Assembly (NCBI GenBank): GCA_030295235.1
Contig: AP026133.1
Span: forward strand, 310,001 to 374,000
Length of the DNA: 64,000 nucleotides
Reading direction: 5' to 3'
Origin: Fistulifera solaris
Taxonomy: Eukaryota
Shown here: positions 24,188 through 35,768 of the stretch, piece after piece
How the letters are laid out: each line of letters starts with the position of its first letter
How positions within the stretch are numbered: the first letter of the stretch is position 1
Notes under the pieces: model-generated
Seen by the model: only the letters and a program-made list of their open reading frames with translations
Database searches by the model: none
Told to the model about the DNA's origin: nothing
Program-made: the position numbers and the translations under genes

Positions 24188-25336
24188 TCAATCATCCTCC
24201 AATCCCAAAAGCTTGGCCGTCACAGGAGGCGATGGCACTATACCCGAGGGATTCAGCGGAAACAATTGTGCAAAGTACGAGGTACAGGCATCCGCGAGAT
24301 CAATCGATTGCGACACCGCCGGATATTCCTTCCAACAACGTCGGAGCCACGCGTGGAGATGTGGATAATCCCGGATCCGTGTATGACCTCCGCCAGCTCG
24401 AAACAAGGGTGCGTAAGCGCCGTCGAATCGCAGAATGGTCGGAAGCAAACGCAAGTCAGTTACTGTAAATTGGTCACCGCACAAGTAGCGATTCGACGAC
24501 AAGATACGATTGCAACGTTCGAGACCTGCTCGAACATCCGTAGACGCCTCGTTGTACGCAGTTTGCGTGGTAGCAAATCCACACCGATACACTCCATTGT
24601 TGATTAAATTGTAAACCCACTCATTGATTTCATTGATTTCTCGTCGTTTCTCTTCTGGGTACAAATTCTTGGGACTATTCATTCCGTACTTCTTTCGTGC
24701 CGCATCATTCCAGAGTTGAACAATTTCACTCGATTCATTGGATACAATCGTTTGGCTTCGCACATTGACAAGCAAAGGTGCCGTACAACGACCTTGAAAC
24801 CCCGGCGACAATGTTTCATACAGTTCTCGCAAATCACGACACCCTCCAAACAGTCGATCTGGCTGTGTTGCAGAAAAGATCCACCCTCCACGACTGGCTT
24901 GTTTCGGATTGTCTTGAAGACGGGTTACCGATATGTCGTCAAGTTCCAGATACAACAGCGCGAGGAGCGTCCGATGACACCAGGGACACGGATTCCCTAC
25001 GTACAAGTGATAGTGACCCTTTTCGAAATCCAACGGCGGTGCTGCTTTTGAAGAAAACGAATAAGATGGTCGTTGATAATTGCCTTGTTTATCTTGGGGT
25101 GCCAATTCGACCATCATGGTCTTCCACGCCAATTTCCATGATTCAGACACCGTCTGTACTATGACACCTTGCGGTATGAGACCTCCTGCTAATTCCAATA
25201 GATTGAATCCTTTATTGAGTTTTTCGGCGGAAAGGCCAGATTGTCTCGAAAGGTTCGGGTGGACGAGAAAGGCTTGACACAAGGATCCGACGAGGAGCCC
25301 CACAGTTGTCACAATCCAAGAAGTTCTGTTTCTCAT
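24188..25336 (-). CDS. Glutathionyl-hydroquinone reductase (Xi-class GST, YqjG/ECM4-like), probably plastid-targeted
   Basis: CPWCHR active site, R.TAPLL, NESSEI, NNGVYRCGFA, RFDGAY. Signal peptide ends in CQA|FL. Confidence 0.9.
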   Translation of the reverse strand: MRNRTSWIVTTVGLLVGSLCQAFLVHPNLSRQSGLSAEKLNKGFNLLELAGGLIPQGVIVQTVSESWKLAWKTMMVELAPQDKQGNYQRPSYSFSSKAAPPLDFEKGHYHLYVGNPCPWCHRTLLALLYLELDDISVTRLQDNPKQASRGGWIFSATQPDRLFGGCRDLRELYETLSPGFQGRCTAPLLVNVRSQTIVSNESSEIVQLWNDAARKKYGMNSPKNLYPEEKRREINEINEWVYNLINNGVYRCGFATTQTAYNEASTDVRAGLERCNRILSSNRYLCGDQFTVTDLRLLPTILRFDGAYAPLFRAGGGHTRIRDYPHLHAWLRRCWKEYPAVSQSIDLADACTSYFAQLFPLNPSGIVPSPPVTAKLLGLEDD

Positions 25337-25797
25337 TACTCAATCGCACCGGCTTTTCTGTTTTGCTACGCGCTGGGAATGTAAAGAAAACTTCTTTATT
25401 TCAAAACAAGCACTTCCGTAGAGATGATTGCAGATTGAATGAAGAATGAATCAAGCAAGGTGCGCTTCTGTTTCGTTACGTTTCCTTTTGTGAGAAAACG
25501 ACGTTTTCCGGGACTGAATTCAGTTGAGTCACATCACTTCACCCACACTTTATGCTACAAGAGTACTACGTACCAATACAGAGTATAGTTCTTTGAAATA
25601 ATGAGTAAAATGAGATCAATGAGATCGGTCTGTCACTTCCAGGACTGGATTAAAGTTGAGTCACAAGAAGTCATCACCCCTAAATTTTTTAGGGTAAACA
25701 TCTGTGGGATTTTCTGGGACGTCAATTTTTGGACGATGAGGATCCGACGCGAAGTGCATTCGTTACATCTCTTGTCGTATATTTTTATTCTTTAACT

Positions 25798-26504
25798 ATG
25801 AATATAAATCATAGTCTTTTAGTTGCGTTGCCGCTGATCCTGATAGTCCCATGCCATGCGGCGTGGATCTTGCATCGGCGCCAAGTTGTGTCGGGATTGT
25901 TACTGTTTCCTTGGTGGCCCTTGCAAGAAAATGCTTCCGCTGCGGATAGTTTATCATCGACCATGTTCCAACCGGCAACACCCGATCGACCACAAATACC
26001 ATTGCCTGTCAATACAAATAAGAATGCTCCAAATACCGTCATTGAAGGTATAATGTCCAATGCCTTGTAGAATCATTCGTATTTGCCACTGTTCTAACAC
26101 TCCATATAATATATACTTTGAATTTTAAAGCATTACTCTACTACAAAAATCCACGCTCAAATCAACGACCATTGGCGACCGACTCATTTCTAATTACGGC
26201 CCGTGATTCACCCGATGGAAACATCGTCGCCGCCGCGAGGATACCGGTGGGAAAAGTGACCTTGCCCTTACGATTTACCTTGAGTGAAGCGAATGCCATC
26301 GACCGAGACGCTTTTCGGAGAACCGTCAAAGAAAAGGATCTATGGTTAGTAGTACAAGTGTGTGCGCCGCCGAAAACGAATGCGGATCGTCTTTCGTGTT
26401 TTTCTTCGCCATCCATGATGAAAGCTCAAGGTGTGGCCAAATTAATCCGATTCGAGGATAACTCGGTGGCCATCCGTGCACCGGCATCATTAGCGCTAGA
26501 ATAA
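25798..26504 (+). CDS. Hypothetical protein, likely thylakoid-lumenal; intron 26048-26130
   Basis: Signal peptide, then RR + hydrophobic stretch + ASA|A (Tat-like). Splicing gives VIE-A-LLYYKN in frame. Confidence 0.6.
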
Positions 26505-26536
26505 GGATACAGTGTATTGCTACTTTGGTCACGACA

Positions 26537-27796
26537 TTATCGAAACAAATTCGTTCGTTTGGGATTCGCCTGAATATGTGTTTTCCACTCGTCGTCGGAC
26601 AATTTGTGACTCCAAGGCACACCCAACATTCCCTTTTGATAATCGGAATAGGCTTGATTGATTTCTAGAGAATTCGACATGACCATACTGCCACTCGAAA
26701 CACACGGTTCGCGGAGTGGATCGCCAGCGAGAAAGAGAAAATCCACCATGGTATGACGGTCCGTGTTTTGTAGCACAATGCGACCCTGGATTCCTTGTGC
26801 AAAATAAGCAACAGAATGGACTGAAATTGGGGTTTCGGCGCACGCCAATCCATTTCCTTTGCGGACATACAACAGTGCGGTCTCAAAATGTTGCTCTTCG
26901 TTCTTGTAAATCCAAGTACCGCCCGGTTCTATCTGAACGTGCAAAATACAAAGAGGAGAATGGATCGGTGCCGCCGCGATGGTTCCGGCAAAGTTTCCCG
27001 CCAGTACCAGAGTCCGGGACGTTGTGTCTTGTACGAGCGGGGTTTCCACAGGGCCGCCCAACAATACGGTCATGGGCTCGTTCATTTTGTCGGAAATGGG
27101 TACATTGAGCCACAGTTGATACAATTCCTGTCGTGTCGGCTTCCACCAGGAACGGATTTTGTTGTCAAACATTTCTTCGTGCAACATCCCAGAGCCGGTA
27201 TGGAGCCATTGCGTGTGTTTGTGTTCGGTATCCGTCAACACTCCGTGATTCCCAGATTGCAGTGCATTCCCGTACATTTGACGAACTCCCACGGAATCTC
27301 GATGAACAAAGCCTCCATCTAGCATGTAGGTGACTGTGACAAAGCCACGATGCGGATGAGCGGGGAAACCTTCGGGAAAGAAGGTGGCTTGCAGGTATCG
27401 TATAGGGTCCCACGCCGCGAAGGAGTGGCAATGATGTACCAACATGACAAATGGCGACGTCTCTTGGTACACGAAAAAGTTGGGACAGACCCGTCCGGTG
27501 ATCCGATGTTCCCACGCCGCCGCGGTGGCGGTTCCGAACAGTTGTTGGATCATCCATAAAACGACACCGTTCACTACGGGCCACACGGGTAATCGAGCAA
27601 ATGTTTCGACACGCGCCACGGGTCGGGATGTCAAGACTTGTGCTCTAATTCGACTTTCTGCTCGCGTTTCTACAATATGTTCTGCTCGCTGCTCTGCCAT
27701 GGCATGGGAGGAAGGGCGATGCGAACGGAAGGAAGTTGTTGTGAAGGCATCCGCTTCCGTGAGCCAGATAGAAAGCAGTAGAGAGGCGAATTTCAT
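26537..27796 (-). CDS. Pirin-family bicupin, probably plastid-targeted
   Basis: GFPAHPHRGF.TVTY, HRDS.G, QWL.TGSGMLHEE, QLWLNVP, G..VM......I.QAYSDY. Signal peptide ends in ADA|FT. Confidence 0.9.
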   Translation of the reverse strand: MKFASLLLSIWLTEADAFTTTSFRSHRPSSHAMAEQRAEHIVETRAESRIRAQVLTSRPVARVETFARLPVWPVVNGVVLWMIQQLFGTATAAAWEHRITGRVCPNFFVYQETSPFVMLVHHCHSFAAWDPIRYLQATFFPEGFPAHPHRGFVTVTYMLDGGFVHRDSVGVRQMYGNALQSGNHGVLTDTEHKHTQWLHTGSGMLHEEMFDNKIRSWWKPTRQELYQLWLNVPISDKMNEPMTVLLGGPVETPLVQDTTSRTLVLAGNFAGTIAAAPIHSPLCILHVQIEPGGTWIYKNEEQHFETALLYVRKGNGLACAETPISVHSVAYFAQGIQGRIVLQNTDRHTMVDFLFLAGDPLREPCVSSGSMVMSNSLEINQAYSDYQKGMLGVPWSHKLSDDEWKTHIQANPKRTNLFR

Positions 27797-28876
27797 GGAT
27801 GAGTTTTCCGAAAGGTAAATTGAGTTCTATACGTAATGCTAATGTTGATTGTTTTTGTAAAGGTAAAGCTCTTGTGCCTTGGAATGGAAAATGAACATGA
27901 AGGACGGAAATGCGATGATAAGACACGATGCGATTGATGAGCGGTTTTTGCGTTTATTTTGGGCAGTCACCGCTCCTGACTGAAAAAAAGGAGTCGTGGT
28001 GAAACGTGAACCAACATTTATTTTGGGCTTAGAAGTGATCGGTCGAGAGTCGGAAACCAATTCCGCAAAATTTTAGACATGAAGAATCCATGTGTGCATT
28101 AAAACTTTGCTGAAGGGTATAATATCGGTTTCAGAACAAACAGTTACAGTTCAGTAAACCCTAGTAGCACAAAATAATTGGTTTCATAATTCATTGGAGA
28201 ACCGGCAATCGAGAAATCCCGCTACGTGACTGAAATGTAGTCGTGGAAAAGGTCGCCTTCACTTTGGGACTATAGTGAGAAGTGAGTGGCCGGGACACCA
28301 ATTTCGCATGAAGAATTGCTATAGAGTACTACGTATTTCATTGGCATATTTAGACAAACCTAAATGTAAAAGCTAGCAATATCTCAGTTTTCCTTATTAT
28401 TGTTACAAGGTAGTCCATGGTATTCTTACATGCTCGCGCGTTTTCTCGCGCGTGGGATGTTCCTTCCACCCGTTGACAATGACGCACTTACAAGTTAGAG
28501 TAGTGGTACGACAAGGATGAAGCTGCACTTTCGTCGTACATCCGTCTCCCGTCGTCGAAATGCCCTCGTCCACGGGACGCGAATCCGTTTTGGCTGCGCG
28601 GAAAGCTCCACAATGAATGAAAGTGTAAGTGGAAGACAAACGAATAACAAACGTTGGGTCGACAAGATTCACATCCGTTGTCAAGACCGAATTTCCCACC
28701 TCGTTTGGCGGGACACAATTCTACGTAGCTTCCGTACTTGGCAGTCCGCGCGTGGACGATAAAACGAAGTGATTTCTACAATTGCGCGTGGATGACCATT
28801 GAGCCAGTAACCAAAAGAACGAAGCAACAAGGCACTTTTGTTCGCACAACACATAAACACACACACACACTACTCG

Positions 28877-30693
28877 ATGAGCAGTAATACTCACATTGAC
28901 AACAACGACGACGGACGCCATCGCACGGCCTCGTCTCTTGATTCCATGACTCTTCTACAAATCAGTGATGATGCTATTAAGGAAACCGTGGCGGAAGACC
29001 TCGACGCGATCCCCAAGGCCAAGCTCTTGGTCATGACCGACACGGATAAATTGCACGACGGCTCACCGGAGGATGGACTTTTAGTTGATTTCGAGCACGA
29101 TCTGGACTTTGAGAACTCGGTAGATCACGGCTCTCTTAAAGTAGGCGAATGGGGATGCAAGAAGTTTTATTCGGATTACATCAAGGAAGGTCTCGCCTAT
29201 AAGGCAAAAAGGAAGGAAAAGAACCACACAAAGATGTTGTGATGCTATTTGAATCGCCGTCGACATCGACGACTGAGTCATCTTTCCATAATCCCACGAA
29301 ATACCGATTTCATGATTGGCCACCGCCCAAGTCGACCTTGTCGAAAGCCGTCCTCGGTCCTTGCCGGTATGGTTCTATGAATGGGAGTGCTTATCCTGTA
29401 TTCCTTCGAGCCGGAGCGGCGACTCCTGGACTCATGGAACATTGGGCTGAAACTATTCCGAATTATTGCCCTCCGACATGGGCTTCGAAAATTGAAATTG
29501 AAAAGGATTGTACGTGTTGTCCTTCTTTCGCGCTCATTGATAAAGTTCTTTGCTCTCACTCTGTCTTGATTGTTCAAATAAATAGTGGTGTACTCGTATC
29601 TCCCAGTGGAAGCTTTTGAAGCGGAAAATGCTGCAGGTCAAGTCAATGCCCCCGCGATTCATTATCATCTGGCAGGGAAAGGTACGTAAAATATATTTTC
29701 TGTCGTCGTTACGTCGGTATAACTCCTTCTTGATCTTACCTATGCTGTTGGAATCTAACAGATGCTATTCATATGATGACGACCAAGGTAAGCTGAGACG
29801 GGTCTTTGCGTCGGTGATCATGAAAGAAGCAGCAGTCAACTCACAATCTCCTCGTTCAATGTTTTCTACATAGACGACAAAACTACTCCCAGACACTCAC
29901 ACCATCCGTCCATGCGTCGTCAAAACAACCCATTCAATGGGTTCCAAGGGTATTTTTATCATCCACAATGACGAAGATGAGAAAGAATTTGAGCAGTTTT
30001 TGCGCGATTCGGGCAATCCCACCTTTGTCATTGTCGATTTCGTCGATATCGCACGCAATGTGGCGTGCCATTTTTCATGCACCCTGACGGTCGCGTCGTA
30101 TGGTTTGGTAGTAACGAAAATCATCGCGATGCGGATGGGCGGTTCAGCAGTGACTCGTACTTGTTGTTGGAGCATCAGGAGAAACTGAAGGAAATGCAAC
30201 TTCCGTTTGTCGAGGAGGTGGTCCGTTATTGTCAAGCTCTTGGTTTTTGGGGCTTTTGTGGCATTGATGTATTGTTTGATTCAAAAGGCTTGGGGTATCT
30301 GGTTGGTACGTGTTGGCTTGTCTGATAATATTTTTTCATCGATTTGCAATATACTGACGTGCTTTCGCTTCTGTAGATATCAATCCTCGCGTCACGGGGT
30401 CGTGTCCTGCCTTGATGACTCTGAAACTACTTTCAAAGAAATACAACTACCAAGTTGGACTCTTCCGTCGATCCGGTGACATCAATTATTACGGAAGTGC
30501 TGCGCAACTCTTCGAAGAAGTGCGGGAACACAACAAAGCGAATGAAGGAAAGAACACTGTCGTCGTTCATAGTTTGTTTGAAGCCGAACCGAACGCACGT
30601 TGTCGCGTCAACCTTGGTGTTTACGGAAACAGTCTCGAGGAGTGTAAGAATATTCTGAACCGATTCGCGCAGCCCGCGAAAAAGGCCAAGTAA
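28877..30693 (+). CDS. ATP-grasp fold protein of unknown specificity; 4 introns including a 26-nt micro-exon (29762-29787); two homopolymer frameshifts
   Basis: Spliced product contains PCVVKTTHSMGSKGIFII and GFCGIDVLFD...LVDINPRVTGS. Introns 29510-29585, 29682-29761, 29788-29873 and 30306-30376. Confidence 0.75.
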
Positions 30694-30894
30694 AACATAG
30701 CACTCGAACGGCCGTTCACATGGCACGGTGTCCATCTGATTATAATTTCTAGATTTGACAGTCAGTAATCTTTTTAATCGTCTTAATATCCGCTAGTGTA
30801 GTGTTTGAGGGAGGCCGCAGATTGCAAGTATTATTTCGGATCAAAACATTACCTCTGGAAAAATTAATTCGGTTAGGCAAACAGCAATTTGACC

Positions 30895-33800
30895 TTACAC
30901 CTTGCAATCATTTGCTTTAAGCGACATATCAGGCTTCGGTCCTGGTTCTTCAAGTTCTGGTATCGGTTCTTTTCAAGCCACAGTTTGAGCTCTTTGATCG
31001 CTCGTTCTAATACAAGGTCACGACCATCGTATGATGTTCGAGGATTGTTGTCAATCTCTATGTCGGGAGTAACGCCCTGCTGCTCGATGCCACCACCCCA
31101 TCCAAACTTTGAGTTGAAAATCCCTATTTCAGGCGCAGAGGCGATTCCCCCATCAACTAGTCTATTGTCCGAAGATAGCCATATACCGCCGCCCCAGGTT
31201 CGTGTACCGATTAGGCGTCCAAGACCAAGTTCAGATATTCCTCGCGAGACACCTTCGCCATCGCTTGAGGTGTGCTCATCAATCAAAACAACAACATGAC
31301 CGCGGAATGCATATTGCATATTCCAATCCAAATCTCCCTTTCTTACTCCAACTCTATCACCCCAGTACATCCAAGCGCGTCTTTGTAAAAAGCTTATTAT
31401 CCATGAGTCAATGTTTCCTCCATGATTACCTCTCACATCGATTATCAAACCTTCTTTATCGTAATCTGGAAAGACTCCTCTCGCAAAGGCATCCTCATCG
31501 TCTCTGCCCATTGCTCGCATGTGAAGATACCCGACACTAAACCCAGCTTGTCTAGCCAATTCCTTGGCTTTTTCACGAGTTCTACTTTCCCAAGCTGTAT
31601 ACCTAAGGTTTGCTGCTGATGCCGCTGTGATGGGAACTGTCACTATCACCTCCGGTATTGCTGCTTTACTGGTGGAATTAGCGCTGAATGTAGATGATTT
31701 CGACGCGAGTCGTAGGACGTCTAGTCGGACGCTTCGGCCAGCCATTCCTCTCAATAAACTGTGTATATCTGGAACATTCATCACACTTTCGCCGTTGATT
31801 CCAACAATAACATCTCCGGCGGCCAAACCACGTTGACCTGAAGGGCGAAGAGCTTGATCACTCAGCGGAGAATACATAGGAGTACCATCCACGAGGTTAA
31901 AGTCTGGATCACGGAGTGGAATCTCGGTGATCATGTAACCTTTCCATTCTGGACTGCGTCTCAAGGTCGCCCCAAGACTTGCAGGTTGCAGCATCGCGAG
32001 CATATTTACATCGCCATTAAAGGGCAAGTTATACTCGCCTCCGTATACAAAAACGTGGAGAGCACTTAGTTCAGCAGCCATCTGTGCGAGAACGTCGTCG
32101 AGCTCTTCTCGCTTGCCGCATCGCTTCACCAAGCCTTGATATCGTTCGTAAACTTCAGGCCAGTTTACTTTGTGCATGTCGACGTCGTAAAAGTAATCGC
32201 GAAGCATTCGCCATGCGTCCGCAAAAAGCTGGTGGTACTCTAAAACGGGCCATACTGACAGGGCGAGGTTATCAGCATCTACAAAATTCTTGCCAAAGCT
32301 GACAGCAGCATCGGCGATGAACGTAGCCAATGAAATGGCTGTATTTGGAATGACCCGAAGAGACAAATTGTTTGTCTTATCTGGCACAAGCACGAAAATG
32401 TATTGTCGATTAGTACTCTCTCCACACATGAACAACTGAGACGTCAAAGGGACTTCTGTGATTTTGTCTGATGGAAAGGCAGCTGCAGAGAAAAGCTTGA
32501 CATAAAGAGACATTTGAACAAGATTTGCCAAAAGGAGGCTACCGTCATCGCTTGTCTGAGCTACGATTGAGACGTAATTTGCTTTTGGAATGTTTGGGAT
32601 GCGGTAAGCCGTCCTGGCAAAGTGAAGCCCGCGTTCGCCAAAGTCAATTTCCATATCAACGAGGGCGGCGGGCAACGCCTGAGTATTGTTGATAGCAGGT
32701 GTGTCGTCAGTGCCCACCTTAATCGCTTTGTCGGCCTTTGACACATTCGAGGCTTCTAGATATCGCTCGAGAGTTTCAAAAGTGTTTCGCGATAGGCGAC
32801 GATCTCGTAGCGCGCGCTTCATTTGATCAGAGCTCTCGCGCAACATCCGATTCTCAACTTCGAGTACAGGTAGAGCCATTTCCATAAGCTTCTTTTCGAG
32901 CTTGTCAAATTCATCGCTAAATATTTCCAGTGCTCCCTCCCCAGGAAAACGCCCAAGCAAAGGGCTGCCATCTGTCGAAGTAGGTAGTAACGGAAGGGCG
33001 TACACAGAACTTCTTTTCTCAAATTGTGGCATTGGCACTCGAGATCCCCAGGGACTGTAAACATCGGAAACAATGTCTCTATCAGTGAGGAAATATAATG
33101 TTGTTGCGACATCATCCGGCAAAGGAAGATGAATCGACGTTGCAATTGTCGTGAGGTAACGATGAACGAAAATATCCGACGTGGATTTGCCCCAATACGC
33201 CCCGACAGAGTTAAAGCGACTCGGCGTAGCCTGAACGACGCGCCCAATTTCCACGTCCGTGACATTGTCTCTATCTCTTCCGGGATCACCACAGTCAACG
33301 ATCGAGATGATTGCGAATTGGTTGCGAGCTGAATGGTTGATGGCTAAATATCTTCCACCAGGACTAAATCGAAGCTCCGCTACGTTGCCGTTCAAAGGTT
33401 CACCCAATTCATTGTCAGCCGGTAGCACCTGGTAGTAGTTTTTACGAGGCTTAACTTTGCCGATCGGAATGTTCATTACACATATTCGACCATCCTTGTC
33501 GGTCCATGCCATACGTCGACCACAAGGGCTAACCACGACATCCCGAACAGAGCCTAGTCCGCCGTCTTTGGTACTTCCACCACTTACATGCCCACCGAGG
33601 AAGGGTGTGGGTAGTCTTTCGGGGTCCGAGAAACTGGTAACGATGGTCCCATCGCTTTGCTGCAGAGGAAGCAGATAAAAAGCATGTTCTGCCGTAGGGC
33701 TTAGAGGATCCGTGGCCAAGACAAGTGCAAGCCTTTCTTTCCTAGATTCTTCATCCGCATTTATGGACGGTACATGAACAGTTTTAAGTATGCGTAGTAT

Positions 33801-35407
33801 ACCTCCTAGTTGCGCTCCTGGCGCTACTCGATAGCGCCTTGCAGGAATGTTTTGTCCAGCACCTTGATAATTCGATGCTGTTTTGTCCAACAATACAGGA
33901 GCTACCCATGCTTGACCACGTAGAGTCATCAAAGCAGATGTCGTTCCAAATGAAGTATCAAAAACGTCAACACCAGTGAGATGTTTCAATAAGTTGACAG
34001 GAATAAGACGTTCCTGTTGCTCATGAAAATCCGAAGCAACGTGTATTGGAAGTACTTCCGGAATATCGAAAGGCTTCTTTTGTGACTGAATCGGTCCAGA
34101 ATTTGAGCCGACGACAAATAATGCAAATCAGCCCCTATTCTTAAGATGACGGAGCCACTGGTGTCCGCAGCGAATTCGCGAACTGATTTTCCACCAAACT
34201 GACATGAAACAGAAGTGAGAGGTATCGGCTTTGCCAGAAGGGGTCCGCCTTCTTGATAAAGATCCTTTTCAGAAGGCAGTGGCATGGCCCAGAGGTTCAT
34301 AGAAGTAGACGTCCACGAGCCATCGAAACTGTCTTTTACACTACGATCGCTTAAAAATAAAAGAAATCGATTCTTCTCTCCATCTTGAATAATCGATGGT
34401 TCTTTGCTCGTTCCGTTGTAATTGGAAGTGATCGGCACCGCTAGGTCGTGTCCATTGCAATAGGCCCACAAAGACTCGGCAGTTCCACCCACATAGCGTA
34501 CCGTGTTCGATGTTTGGCGAAATCGCGTAAAGAAGATGCATTCTTCATGAAACGCCGCATTTAACGCTTGCGACAAGGGAATTGGTTCAATCTGCAAGAC
34601 CGTTTTCTGGGAATCACGCCCTTGCATCAATGTCATTTCGTACAATCGAATATCCGGAAGACTTACTTCAATGGAGGTAGAGGCAAAGACCAAGGTCGTC
34701 CCATCTGCACCCCAACCCGCAATATCGTACACCCCCGTTTCCCAAAACGTCAATCGCTGTGCCGGAGCCTTTTGGGCTATATCGATGACATAAACATCTC
34801 TATTTCCTTGATACGTCGCCGTGTACGCGATGAGATTTGGAAATTTCGGATTGATTTTAGGAGAGAGTACGTTTCCCACCGTGGTGGTCAATTTCATGGC
34901 CGTCATGGGTGTCCCGGGTTGCAAGCGCGTATAATACAAATCACCTTCGGAGACAAAGACGAGTGCGTCGCCAACCAAATCTGGTTCGCGGAGATATCCA
35001 GTCGCTCCGGTTACAACTCCAGGAATACTGGGTGGAAGGAAAGGACTACCTCTGTTCTTCACGGTCAGATTGAAAGGATCCCAAACGACATCCAACAAGG
35101 AGGCATCGTACTCTACTGGCGGCCGCGGTCGAGTCGTCGTTGTGGCTGTTGGAGTGCTCAAAGATGGATTCACCAATGATTTCGTCACGGGTGAAAACCA
35201 TACGAAATAAAGGGCAATCGCGGCTCCGAGAATGACAATGCTTAGTCCTAGATAGTGCATCCAACTGGTTGTCGAGCAAACACCACGTCGTGAACGTCGT
35301 CGATTCGAACGTGGGACGGATTCTTGCCGCTTTTCGCGAGCGTCTTCTTCTTCTTCTTCCGTCGGAACATCTTCATAATGGATCGACATGGTTTGATAAC
35401 TCTTCAT
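30895..35407 (-). CDS. Tricorn protease homolog (peptidase S41B) with an N-terminal transmembrane anchor; frameshifts near 34080 and 30970
   Basis: GYLREPDL.GD.LVFVSEGDL, RYVGGTA, FSPGGRYLA, AWRMLRDYFYD, ELSALH, PDZ-like GDVIVGING, GYLHM, DVRGNHGGNI, catalytic SSDGE, GTRTWGGGIW, EQQGVTPDIE. Corrected C-terminus ends at the TAA at 30895-30897. Confidence 0.9.
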
Positions 35408-35768
35408 GCAAGGCCTAAAATGACAACATCAACAACCGAGGAGCAACAACGCAAAACAGAAAAATGCTCTCTCGCGTCCCCAAGAGGCAACAGGCAACCG
35501 ATGACTTCTGTACTATTTTGTCCAGTCATTTACGTCGTTACGGCACTCAAGGTAAGCAACGGTTCTTTATGTCGTAGAGCAAATTACAAGCTGATACAAC
35601 CAGCCCTTGTCCGACATTAGCACGATCTGGGAACAAACGCATTTCCCCGTGCTTTTTTGCAAACGAACTCTCGAACGGAGCACACAAAAGATCAATAATT
35701 CATTCCTCTCTGCTGAGAGCCTTTGCCCAGAGACGAAAATAAAGAAAGCCATACTACTTTGTAAAGAG

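Noticed and set aside
30895..35407. Bacterial contamination or chimeric contig explaining tricorn, arcC, tilS and POP
   Set aside because: arcC and POP have spliceosomal introns, several genes have eukaryotic targeting peptides, and all are interleaved with eukaryote-specific genes.
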